This document shows positions 13,622 through 25,150 of a DNA stretch of 64,000 nt, in pieces (positions within the stretch are counted from its first letter, which is position 1; the number at the start of each line of letters is the position of its first letter). This DNA is from Lama guanicoe (lineage: Eukaryota), in the NCBI GenBank assembly GCA_013239625.1, contig MU055594.1:8116117-8180116 (forward strand), given 5' to 3'. The notes under the pieces were generated by a model. The model saw only the letters and a program-made list of their open reading frames with translations, was not told the DNA's origin and made no database searches. The translations under genes were made by a program, and so were the position numbers.

Positions 13622-14120
13622 CCTGCAAAAGCTGCTTCTGTGCTACACCACCTTCCGTGTCCCTGCGTGCTGGGTTCCTCAGTTCCTTAGTTGTGATAAT
13701 CACATGGTTGTGTTCTTGCCCGGGTGTAAATAGGTGCATACGTGTGTGTACCAAAGTATACACAAATGTGTACTATAGATATGCACACATGCAAGCGATC
13801 TTATCTCTGTATTCTAAAATATAAACGAAGGCAAGAGACTGCAGCTAGGATTCCTTCTTTTTCCCCCCTGGAACTCTTGCTCTCAGTCGGCAGGCTGACG
13901 CTCTCAATCCCGTGAAGAGAGATCCTGCGAGCTGGNNNNNNNNNNNNNNNNNNNNNNNNNNNNNNNNNNNNNNNNNNNNNNNNNNNNNNNNNNNNNNNNN
14001 NNNNNNNNNNNNNNNNNNNNNNNNNNNNNNNNNNNNNNNNNNNNNNNNNNNNNNNNNNNNNNNNNNNNNNNNNNNNNNNNNNNGATGTAGCACTCGCAGC
14101 TGCTCCCGTCTGGTTGGCTG
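13622..14120 (-). other. LRRN3: LRRN3 non-coding (5'UTR) exon 1; 5' end uncertain, in or near the N-gap
   Basis: Minus strand reads CACCTATTTACACCCGGGCAAGAACACAACCATGTGATTATCACAACTAAGGAACTGAGGAACCCAGCACGCAGGGAC...GCTTTTGCAGG|GTAAGT, closely matching the human LRRN3 5'UTR as I recall it. Strong donor with GT at 13621-13620; CpG locally retained. Confidence 0.8.
13936..14083. other. Assembly gap (148 N)
   Basis: Run of n. Confidence 0.99.
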
Positions 14121-14500
14121 AAACAACCTGTCTGTTCTATGACACTGCTGCTTAGGATACAAATAAATGAAACAGGCTTGCATATTTTCCTGGGTATCAA
14201 TCCTTTCCTTCCTTCCTTCCTCCCTTCCTTCCTTCCTTCCATCCTTCCTTCCTTCCTTCCTTCCTTCCTTCTTTCCTTTTTTTTTTTTTGAGGGGGAGAA
14301 ATTTTTGACAAGTTTGTCCATTTTTAGGTTCTCAGTCATTCATAGAAACTGTGTTTTCTCTCTGAAAATAGCAGGGCACATTACTAATAAGGATTTCCCA
14401 AATAATAAACCCACCTGAGGGTGCAAAAAATGCAAAGCCTCCAACTCCCTCTCTGTGAAGTTCACCCATGGCTGTATTATTTTTAGAAGAATGGCTTGAT
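14084..14500 (-). promoter_or_regulatory. Putative LRRN3 core/proximal promoter
   Basis: Immediately upstream of exon 1; CpGs and a CAGCTG E-box near 14096-14102; long (GGAA)n tract; lies in a roughly 7 kb zone (about 10-17 kb) with no recognisable transposon. Confidence 0.55.
14201..14289. repeat. (CCTT)n microsatellite followed by poly-T
   Basis: tccttccttccttcc... then a T run. Confidence 0.95.
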
Positions 14501-17119
14501 ACTGTTTTGAGTAACATTCGTTTTCTGTCGGTCTTACTTAATTTAGCATAAGTGCTTGCTGTTCAATAACACTTTTATTTTTCTTGGTGTGTTTTTAAAG
14601 CAATGGCATTTCTTACCTGATTGACCAATTAAAAAAAATAAAGCATCTGTTTGCTTCCTTATAATTCATAACATTGGCATATGAGGGGGTATTTTTTAAA
14701 TATATGTATTTCCAGTTACATTCACTCACTTCTATTTATATGGTGAAATTAATTTGCCAGCCACAAATGAATGGGCATGTGTGCCAGGGTGTTTGTGTGA
14801 GTATCTCTGTGTGTTTGTCTGTATGCGTTCAGAATGTATGTTTTACTACTCTGGGGAAGCATTTCAGCTGTAATAAAAGTAAATCCTCGAGAAAATTACT
14901 TCTCTTTATTCTTAGACCTATTAACTCTGAATTTATATTTACCAGAAAAATAGACTATATATACTACATATGTAAAACATTTACTGAATTATCAGAAATT
15001 TAGGAAAGAAAAACAGAAAAGCATAGCAGTGTAAGTTTCTGTAAGGACACCTGTGAGTAAGTGGACAGCAATTTTAAAAAATGTGTGTTTTACAACCTTA
15101 ATTAGTATACGAGAGAAACATCTTGTTGAAAAGGATGGGACATGAGGATAAATTTATCAGCAAGTCAAAAGCAGGTTCGATTCACATCTCCAGCCCTTGT
15201 TTTGAGAGACTACCCTCTAGTGGAGTAAAAAGAAATGACGTTTTCGTGTTACTAGATTTACCTTGGGGAGGGGAAAAAAAAGGCTTCATATCTAATTGCT
15301 CCTTAAGTATTTATTGAAATGACATAGACCAGTAGTTTGCAGTTATGATACTCATAATATCAGCTTTTTCTCTAACCACTAAATATTTTTACTCTGCGTT
15401 TTTCCTTAAAAATGTTCCCAAATGCTTAATTTTTTCCTCTCTAAAAACGTACTCAAATGGTTCCTAACCTTTAGAATAAAAATATGTTCAAAACAAAAGT
15501 AGTTTCTCACTTAACCTAATAATAGCCACTTCAGAATGTTATTGTAAGATTTTATTCTTTACTAGACACTCTAGTGCTTACTTTGTAAATGTTAGAGATT
15601 TATGGTCCAATGTTGGTGATGTTGTGATGGACTGTGCCTACATATAATTTACTTGTGATAATACTAATAATCAGCCTAATTATTCCTGCCCCAGCCTTAC
15701 TGTTTCCAGCTCTAATTTCTTGCATGTTCCAATTAATTTTGCCACTTACGGATTTTTATTTCCACCTTTAGAACAATTATATTAAAATTGTGATAATTAT
15801 TTGAAAAAGGAATTTTAGTTTTATACCATTGGTTCTGTAAGCATTTCATTTTGGTTGATTGATATTGACTGTATAATTGACAAATACAGTAATCAAACTA
15901 GTTTTAATGTATTCCCATAAGGAAAGTAAGTGGTGATAATCAAACAGACACATGATGAAACTGCTTTCTTGGCTTATAAATGAAACCAGCAACCATACGT
16001 ATTATTTTAAATTTCAGTCTCTATCAGAAATCAAAGAAAAATCTAAATTTTAATTTGGTGAGAGTGGAATATTTTAAGCACTACCTTACGCTATATCCTA
16101 GGAAGTTGTTTTAACTTCCTGTGATTACCTTTTTTTTGGCATATGGGAAATGAGATGGCTTTTCTTGCAATTGTCCTTTTGGTGTAGGCACAGGATAAAT
16201 TCAAAAGATTTCATATTCATTTTTATAAATTTAATATCATGGAACATTAGAAATGAGATTGCAGTGTGAGAGAGAAAATAACTCTGGCCTTGGATGAAAA
16301 GAGTGAGGGTTTTGCTCTTTGACTGTAGTTTCCTTTTTGCTACAAGAGCATCAGCAGCCGAGTAGAATCAGTGTATGTTTCAGGTGCCTTTTCACTTTTC
16401 CATCAGGTCCATTATTTACTGGTAATGAAAGGTAGCTCTCCAAAAAGAAATGTTAAAACCCTGTTTAGTTATCACATCCATATAATGAAGTGCCATATGA
16501 AGATACTAAATTGTGACAGGATGAGGATTTTGGGGCTTTTTGAATTAGTACAATTGTGAATGGTCATCAAATGAGAAACATAAAAATTTTAAAACTCCAA
16601 TGCCCTGAGTCCTAAAAGGTCAAGGGACTTGATAAGTGCGCTCAGTTGGTCAGAGAGAGCAAGACTAGATCTGCCCTCCAGGTCTTCCAGGATTTTTCCG
16701 CTACATCATCCTCTCTTGAACAGGATAATTGATAGATCTTTGCTTTTACTTCTTTTCCTCCTTCCTTTTTTTTTTTTCTTTTTCAAGTTTTTTTTCTTTA
16801 GAATCCATTGCAAATACATTGTGTTACATGGATGTGCATGTCAGCTACCTTGTAATACATATCTTCAGGGTTTCCTGAATGAGTACTCAGTTCTAATGAA
16901 AATGTATTGAAATGATTTTTAAACATAAATGAGTAATTACAGCCCTTAAATGATGTTGAAAGGATTCTGCCTTCATCATCAAATAAGAAAATATAGGAAG
17001 GTGAAATAAATATGTATTTATTGATTTGATGGTTGAAGTTGTTACTGATTTGTGAAGGTTTATTGCTATTTCATGGAATCCTGGGCCATGTTTGCTTTTG
17101 TCAAAGAAGTAATCTGTGT

Positions 17120-17330
17120 AGGTTTTGGCTACAGACTGCCTGTGTTTGAATACTTACTTTTACACTTCCTAAATTTGTGGCCCTGAGCAAGAATTTAACA
17201 TCTCTGCATCTCACTTTCCCCCTAGGATTTGTTTGAAGATTAAAGTAGTTAATATTTAGTAGTTAATAAAAGCTTAGAAAAGTACTTGGACCGTTGTAAG
17301 CCTGACTGAATGTTTGACATCACCGTTATT
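17120..17330 (+). mobile_element. MIR SINE
   Basis: cagactgcctgtgtttgaat...tgtggccctgagcaag...gaagattaaa...aagcttagaa. Confidence 0.7.
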
Positions 17331-17379
17331 GCCATTATTGTCATTGGCATCATCATCATCATTTTTTCCAACTTCCCCC

Positions 17380-17610
17380 TTTTTTGGAATGCCCCTTCTA
17401 CCTTCCACTCTGAGTCGCTGCCTCTCACATGTCTACCTAGTCCTAAATCAATTCATTCAGTTCAAATGCTGCTTCCCCTAGGGTATTTTCTCTGACCCTG
17501 TAACAAAACATGAGCTCTCATTTGACCCACTGTAGCATTCTTTGTCCTTCCCATCACATCACTTTTTTATGTATCATAATTGTTTCTGTAATTTGACCCA
17601 TTTCTCTTTT
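17380..17610 (+). mobile_element. L2 LINE fragment
   Basis: tggaatgcccctt...cagttcaaatgctgcttcccc...tttctctgaccc, L2 3' region. Confidence 0.55.
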
Positions 17611-17619
17611 TAGTTCATA

Positions 17620-17969
17620 NNNNNNNNNNNNNNNNNNNNNNNNNNNNNNNNNNNNNNNNNNNNNNNNNNNNNNNNNNNNNNNNNNNNNNNNNNNNNNNNN
17701 NNNNNNNNNNNNNNNNNNNNNNNNNNNNNNNNNNNNNNNNNNNNNNNNNNNNNNNNNNNNNNNNNNNNNNNNNNNNNNNNNNNNNNNNNNNNNNNNNNNN
17801 NNNNNNNNNNNNNNNNNNNNNNNNNNNNNNNNNNNNNNNNNNNNNNNNNNNNNNNNNNNNNNNNNNNNNNNNNNNNNNNNNNNNNNNNNNNNNNNNNNNN
17901 NNNNNNNNNNNNNNNNNNNNNNNNNNNNNNNNNNNNNNNNNNNNNNNNNNNNNNNNNNNNNNNNNNNNN
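17620..17969. other. Assembly gap (350 N), abutting a SINE
   Basis: Run of n. Confidence 0.99.
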
Positions 17970-18035
17970 ATATTGAACCCAGGTCCTTGTGCATGCTAAG
18001 CATTTGCTCTACCACTGAGCTGTACCTCATCCCCC
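17970..18035 (-). mobile_element. Camelid-type tRNA-derived SINE, 5' head (remainder in the gap)
   Basis: Minus strand GGGGGATGAGGTACAGCTCAGTGGTAGAGCAAATGCTTAGCATGCACAAGGACCTGGGTTCAATA, with Pol III A and B boxes. Confidence 0.88.
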
Positions 18036-18124
18036 AGGAGTTGTTTTTTTTTTTTAAGATTACATTTCTTATTCATCTTTAATATCCATAGCCTATGAAA
18101 ACATGGAAAAAAGGTTTAATGAGT

Positions 18125-18320
18125 ACTGTGTAAGTTTTCAGAGTTATTTAATCTTCACAACATCTTAATAAGATAGACATTTTTATCCCCATTTGACAAT
18201 TTCAAAACATTGGCTCAGAGAAGTTAGATTACTTGCCCAATGTCCTAAAAGTACTAAATAATGGGGCTAAAATTTGAACTCAGTTTAGTCTGCCTACAGA
18301 GCCAAGGCTCTTTTTACTGC
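18125..18320 (-). mobile_element. MIR SINE
   Basis: tttaatcttcacaac...atccccattt...ggctcagagaagttagattacttgccc...tttgaactcag. Confidence 0.8.
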
Positions 18321-19129
18321 ACAAGGCACTCAATACTCATTTGTAAAGTAAATGCAGGCTTGATTGATGACTGAGCCAACCAATTCAATGTAGTCAGCAA
18401 CAAGGGATGCTAAAAATAAAAATACTGTTTTTAAAAAGGAATTAAATTTATGCACTAGACAGTGGATTTTTTATATAGTTATGGTTGTTTGGTGTTAATG
18501 ACAGGATTTTTATTGGTGGCACGATTAGAGAGATTATTCTCTGAAGAAATGCAGTACTGGTTAGAAAGATGAGTTATATGTTAAATACGTGTGAATGACC
18601 ACTGTTGGCGAGGGGCTGATATGATGCTGAGAAGATCTGTGGCATTGTCCTTCCTAGTCTGATTCTGATAGGGCATAAGCTCTTAAATTAGAAATAGGAT
18701 GTAAGGTAAGGAACATTGGCTGTTTGTTAGAATGCTGAACTAAAGCAAGTTGGGTTAGAGTTTTTGTTTTCTTTTCAAGGGAGTTTTGGAAAGTAACATT
18801 GGGGGAAAAAAAGAGATCCTCATTTAACTATAGGTCTTGATTTTAATGGAGGATATTACTTCAGTTGAAGGACAAAAGTAATTTCACCACTTAAGGAAAT
18901 TCACAATCAAGGATGAGAAAGATGCCAGAAATCAAGGAGACAGATCTTTCTTTCTCTGTCTATTCCTTAGACTCCTCTCTCCTTCCCTCTCCTTCTCCTT
19001 GTCTTTGTCTGGGTTTAAAACTGTCTCTCATCTTGGCTTCTCTCTGCTCATCTCTTCATTCTTCCCTTGCAGAAGATTAACTTTTACTTCTTCTCTAGCT
19101 ATGTAAAAAATAGTGAGATAGTAAAATAC

Positions 19130-20150
19130 ATCTTTAAAAAATATATAGCAGGTTAATTGAGGTAGTTTTAAATTGCACAGAAATAACTGAAAAGAAATAC
19201 ATCAAAAAAGAAATATACTAAACTATTGGCAGTAGTTACCTTTGATGGGGTAATGGGTAGTTTTTGTTTCTATTTTTTTGATAAAGTGCTGACCTGTGTA
19301 TGATACCACTTTTTTAAATTGAAGTATAGTTGATTTACAATGTTGTGTTAGTTTCTGGTGTACAGAAAAGTGATTCAGTTATACATATACATATATTTTT
19401 TCAGATTCTTTTCCATTATAAGCTATTATAAGGTACTGATTATAGTTCCATGTGCTATACAGTAGGTCCTTGTTGTTTATTTTATATATAGTAGTGTGTT
19501 TCTGTTAATCCCAAACTCCTAATTTACCCCTCCCTCCCATTTCCCCTTTGGTAACCATCAATTTGTTTTCTATGTCTGTGATTCTATTTCTATTTTGTAA
19601 AAAAAAGTCATTTGTATCATTTTTTTAGATTCCACATATAAGTGATATCATGTGATATTCATCTTTCTCTGACTTTACTTCACTTAGTATGATAATTTCT
19701 AGGTCTGTTCATGTAGCTGCAAATGGCATTATTTTGTTCTTTTTTATAGCTGAATAGTATTCCATTGTATATAAATATGCCACAACTTCTTTATCCATTC
19801 ATCTATAGGTGAACATTTTGGTTGCTTTTATGTCTTGGCTATTATAAAAAGTGCTGCTATGAACATTGGAGTGCATATATGTTTTCTGTTTACAATTTTT
19901 GTCTTTTCTGGATGTATGCCCAGGGTGGGCTTGATGGATTGATTGTATAGTAACTCTAAAATATTTTTAGTTTTTTAGGAAATCTCCATACTATTTTCCA
20001 TAGTGGCTGCACCAATTTACATACTCACCAACAGTGTAGGTAGGTTCCCTTTTCTCCATATGATAATGGGTGGTTTTTGTTTTCTTTTTATGCCTCCTAA
20101 ACTTTCTATAGTCAATAGGTATTTTATAATTAGAAATAATAACGATTTTT
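19130..20150 (+). mobile_element. Old L1ME-type 3' end fragment (about 19130-19270 and 20064-20150) split by a younger L1
   Basis: gcagtagttacct...aatgggtggtttttgttttcttttt...aactttctata...ttttataattagaaa. Confidence 0.5.
19310..20058 (-). mobile_element. 5'-truncated cetartiodactyl-type L1 (3'UTR and ORF2 end)
   Basis: ttttttaaattgaagtatagttgatttacaatgttgtgttagtttctggtgtacag...agattccacatataagtgatatc...catagtggctgcaccaatttaca. Confidence 0.93.
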
Positions 20151-20294
20151 TTTAAGATGGGAAGTCTTTTGAGGTAAAATTTTTCTTCTATAACTGGAGC
20201 TGTTTTGTTTAGTAAATTATCTAACCTTCTTAATATTCAGTTCTTTTCCTGATATAATAATTAAAATAGCAACAGCAACAACGGTAGCAGCAGG

Positions 20295-20515
20295 CAACAT
20301 TTATCGAGTGCTTGTCTAGTGCCAAGTAGTCTGTTAAGGGTTTTTCATGATCTCGTTCAGTTCTCCCTAATAGAATACTATGTAGCAAATAGCCTCATTT
20401 TACAGATCAGATAACTGAGAACTGAGTGTGCAAAAATTCACAAAGCTGCTCATTGGTCGAGTCAACAATCAACCAGAGACCATCTGACTGTAAGGCTGAC
20501 ACTTGTACCCGCTGT
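20295..20515 (-). mobile_element. MIR SINE
   Basis: aacatttatcgagtgctt...ctcattttacagat...aactgag. Confidence 0.75.
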
Positions 20516-22054
20516 GTGACACTAACTCTGGTATGTTTCCCATATTGCTGTTCAGATGTCATGTCTATTCTGAACTCACAGCCCACCCCTCAGTTACATC
20601 AAATGCCTTACTGTTTCCTGAACATATCTTGCTTGTTGGACTCTTAGCAGTTTATTTCTTCTTAAGCATATCAGTTCTACAGGGCTTCTGCTCAAAAATC
20701 CCATCTTTTAAGACACATCCTCCCATCTCCATGAGAATATATATTTCCTTATTTTTTATCACATTTTAAATTTACTTTTTATTATTGTATTTATCTCATT
20801 CCAATATGTATTATATTTTATGATTTGTTTCTTTGTGTATAATAAGCAACTTGAAAGCAAGAAATGTGTCCTATTTTTTCTGTATATGCAAGAGTACATT
20901 TTACATATTAAAAGGTTTGGTTAATTAAACCTCACTGAGTGACTGAAGGAGTAATTTACTACTCCCTCCTGTGTGTTGGGTTTGTTCCAAGTGTTTGAGT
21001 AAAATCAGACAATTGTTTAGTTAATAAAAAAAAAAAAATCCTACCCCCTCAAGGGGGTAAATTTTGTCAGATCAGTGACTTCAGTTACACATGAAGTTAT
21101 TCAGGAGAGAGCTATTTACGGGAGAATAAAGTGTGTCTCTTGACTTGGCTTTTTTTTTTTTTTTTTGGCTACTTCTTTTGATCTTTTTTGACTAGTACAT
21201 ATTTAATGCAGTTGGGTTCATATAACTACGAGACATTTACATTTTAGGTAAAAATTAAATTCCAGGAACCAAATGGCATGTTAAGTTCAGGTGAGTTTTA
21301 GGCAAAAATTAGGAACCAAGATGGCATGAGATAGTACTTTGTGTAATATTCTTAGGCAAAGTCAGTTGGTATTTTCTTGCTTATACATGAGTTCTTTTGT
21401 AAGGTAGGCTAATGAAAATTAACAACTTATATCTAAGCAAGGGATCTAGGCAGTGATTTCTGAGCAAGAGAAAACAAACGTTTTTGTCAGTAAAATATTT
21501 AGGCACTAGTTATAATGCACCATTGATGTTAAAGGGTCGTTTGACTTTTCATGAATACTTTGTCACTTTTGCTTGATGTCTACTAGCCCGGAGCTAAAGT
21601 TCTCTGTCTAATCTTTTAGTAGTTGTTCTCAGAATTATTCCTTTTAGTGTAGGGAAGGTGTTTTCAAGAATGAAAACTACTTACAACTAGCAAGCATGGC
21701 AGAATAGATGGTAGATTCTTGTAGTTATTTCCTTCACTGATGCTACTGCTGAATTTTCAGCTTTAAAGTTTATAGTTTTCTTCACTCTATCTTATAACCC
21801 GACTGTGTTCTACTAGGACTGTTTGGGCAGGGGGTTATACTCCAATCTTTGGTCTTGGCAATATTTTTAGAAATGAGTTGATGAGTTGATTTTCAGTTCC
21901 AACTTGAAAAAAATGTGGAAGGAAACCCTACTTGGGTCATATGCTTATTCCTGGATAAAGCACTCTTCTGTCATCCCTACCCAAATTAAAGGGTAGGGGA
22001 CAAAGAGAAGTTCCTCAGGAAAAGGGAGGTGCACACTAGGTAAGGACTTAATAA

Positions 22055-22295
22055 TATTAGATAGCATTTATTGAGGGCTGGGTACCAGACACTGCGCTAA
22101 ATAAGCACTTTACTTACAGCATTTCTTCAGCGTCTTAGAGTTACCTTGTAAGCAGAAACTGTTTCCTTCTTTTACATGAAAAGAGGAAACATGTTACTTC
22201 ACTCCCTACAGTAACATGGCTCGTGAATGGCTAAGCCAGGGTTGGAATCCACATCAATTTCACTCTTAAACTTGAGTTTTGAACCACTCACTGTG
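22055..22295 (-). mobile_element. MIR SINE
   Basis: agcatttattgagg...ccagacactgcgctaa...agccagggttggaatcca. Confidence 0.75.
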
Positions 22296-22549
22296 CTAAG
22301 TCCAGTCTAGATATCTGGAAAATGGAAAACTGCTGCTAAAATCTTGAGAGATTTCAACTTCTCAGTATAAAACCAGCACAAAATTACTAAGTCTCCTTAA
22401 ATGAAAATAACTTGCAATTTCACTTCATTTCAAAAACCTGTTCCCAGGGATACTCCCTGATGGTGTTGGTAACTGGAATTAGCCTACCTTGGAAATCTTA
22501 AACTTCAGTGTCCTGTTTCTACCGTATTTCTCTGTCTTTCTGGTGACTT

Positions 22550-24400
22550 GAGAACTGTGTTCCTCGTACATCTGCTATTTGACACTGCAGAGACCTCAGT
22601 TGTTCTGAGGCCAGTTTTCTCCTGGTCCTTCTCATCTCTCTCCCTTTCCTACCAACCAAGATTGATCATCTAACCTACTCACCATTCAGTCACCCCAGTT
22701 CTTTTGCTCTAGTCTTCCACATACTTGCCCAGTCAGAACCCCTGGACTATGCCATGATTGTTCCCTGCTCTTGTCTCTATGAGGTAAAGCATTCCCATAG
22801 GAAATCACAGTAAGTGCCAAGCATTGTGTTTTAGCTAGGTCCTCAGTAATGCCTTTCCTTCCTTGTATTTGTCCTAAGTCAGCTTGTTATCCATTATCTT
22901 CAGAGATGATCCCAACCTTACCATTCTCTTCATCATCCCCCCTCAATCTCTAGATATTTTTAGCAACATGCCATTGCTTTTAACTTGATTGAACTCAGGA
23001 CTGTAGGTGTGAATTCCCTATATTTCATAACCTCCTGATCTACTAATGACTCTTTATCCACGCTCATCAGTATCTCTCTTTTGTAGTCTTAAAGGATGAG
23101 ACTTTTTCCTCATGTCCCTACCCTTTTTCCTTCAAATTCATCTACTTCTGTGTTCTCAGGAGTTTGTCTCTGGAAGCCTTTATCCCCATTCCACCCTGCA
23201 ATTGACATATTGCCACAAAATCCATTGACATGTTTAATTCGTACTCATCCTAAGATAATAACAACATTCCTTTTAACCTTTAATCCTGTTCTATCATTCT
23301 AGCTCCGTCCTCCTCATATAAATTTCTCAAGAGAGCTATCAACATTTGGTATTACCTCATCATCACATTCTACTTTTTCTTTTCCAGTTAGCATTTTTCT
23401 GGCTTCTGCTCTAGCCATGCTGCCAAAATGTCTCCTGGGAGTCTCATCAGTGCCCTCCCAGTTTGCACATCAAAGCTTCCCAGTCGTGCTCATGTGTGCC
23501 TGCAGGTTCAGTCTGCAGGCTTATCTACCTCTTAAATATTTATCCTAGTTTTCTTCTTTTGCCTACTGCTCTTCACAGGCTCTCTCAGATAGTATAATCT
23601 CATCTACTTGTCTATTCATTACTCTCCAACTTATATCACTGCTCCTGCAAATAAAATTCTCCCTCCATATCTATTTAGATGTGCTCTTCAAACTGCTTGG
23701 TAAATGTCTCTATTTTCATTGAATGAGCCCCGGGCAGCTCATGCTCTCCATGTCTGAAACTGACCTCTTAAGCTTGACTCTAAAGTGACTTTTCTTCCTT
23801 TGTTGTTGTTTTATTTCCTTTGTAGTAACAGTAGCCATTTACCTGGAGGAATACCGGATCTTTGATCCTCCTTCTGTCTTATACATTGGATTCACTGAAG
23901 CCTGCTGATTTTACTCTCAAATTCTCTTGAACCATGGTCTCTATCAGCCAAGGCCTCCATCATCTCTTTCCCTGTTGCTGCACTTGCTCCCAACCCCCTG
24001 CTTCCAGTCTCATTCCTTCTAGTGCGTCTTCTGCAAAAATCCCCAATTTGTTTCTCATCATAAACAGAAAATTGCTCCACACTCCTCAGCATTCAGGTCC
24101 TTCTATAATCTGCCTCTTGGATCCGGATTCTCCTGACTGGTCACATTTTACTCCAGCCATGTAAAATGTTCCTCATTCTTCAAGCTCCATGCTGGTTCTT
24201 CTCTCCTCTGTGCCTTTGCTGATTCCATCTAGGACACTTGGAGTGCTGGCCTCCTATAACACATGGTCAGGCACACAATTTTCTTTAGCAAGGCTGCCTC
24301 CCACTGTTCACTTCAAACACCCAGTTCAAATATTCTTTCTTGTGAGGAATCTGTTTCCAGCCAAAAGAGGCTGGGTTTAGTGCTCTGCCTCTGGGCCCAT
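22550..24400 (+). mobile_element. Long degraded L2 LINE
   Basis: C/T-rich L2 sense motifs, e.g. ctggcttctg, ccatgtctgaaactgacctc, ccatcatctct...ccctgcttccagtct, ctgtgcctttgct. Confidence 0.7.
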
Positions 24401-24929
24401 AATATAAAATAATTGATAAGAATGTGTTATTTATTAAATGGAGGAATGAAATTTGAGTAGAGGTTGATGGATAAGAAAGTAAAATTGCAAAATATTTAAG
24501 CACAGCAGCATTAAGTTTTTAAATCTATAATTGCAAATGTGCAGACTTTTACACATGAGAGCAGGGTTATGCTTTGGTTCTTGTGTGAGACAGTTAAGCC
24601 ATAATCCGTGCTAACTAGGTCGGAAATATCTACTCTTGATTACGTAAAGAACCAATGTGCCAGTGCGAACCCTGAGAGGGAATTCATCACAATTTCTGGG
24701 AAAGAACGAACTCACAATTGTCAATAATAAGGATGCAATATTCTCTTTGGTAGCAAATTTAATCTTGTTGTTTTTGTGGTATATCTATTACTGTGGTGGG
24801 CTAGGGAAATAGAAATTATTTTCCTTGAGGTATCCACAAAGCACAGTGGGATAGATGAGAATTTGAAATCTGTTGCTCTACACATGTGGAAATTCTGTAT
24901 GCTGAAGTAATAAAAGTACCTAGAAGAAT

Positions 24930-25150
24930 AATAAATAGCATTTGTTGAGCTATGTACAAGACACGGAAGTGTGGTTAGCACTGCATATGTCCAGTTTTAT
25001 CCTTACAGTTCCGTGAGACATTAAGGCACTTGCTCCTTTTCATAGAAGAGGAAACTGAGGTTCAGAGAAGTTGCTTAACTTTCACAGTTACAGAGGCTGG
25101 AATACAGACTGAAATTCAAAGCCAACACTCTTAAGACTGAATTTTCTTCC
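24930..25150 (-). mobile_element. MIR SINE
   Basis: agcatttgttgagc...gaggaaactgaggttcagagaagtt. Confidence 0.8.

Noticed and set aside
13900-13935. GAGATCCTGC resembling the miR-199a-2 precursor flank (DNM3OS locus); FLRT3 in MACROD2 also considered
   Set aside because: No miR-199/214 mature sequence seen, no FLRT3-length ORF within 13 kb, and the exon matches recalled LRRN3 sequence far better.
13845-14418. Overlapping ORFs up to 164 aa with KEGR/PSFL repeats
   Set aside because: Translations of the (CCTT)n microsatellite and the N-gap.
17554-18030. 158-aa ORF and tRNA-like sequence
   Set aside because: The ORF is mostly N. The tRNA-like part is a SINE head with further copies at 40.7 and 60.8 kb, not a tRNA gene.
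20700-21060. Possible tail-to-tail L2 junction (miR-28/151-type origin)
   Set aside because: Both ends are too degraded; I could not find a convincing stem across the junction.
24694-24702. Isolated GAS motif TTCTGGGAA (others near 2134, 4490, 32431)
   Set aside because: Expected by chance many times in 64 kb; no supporting cluster.
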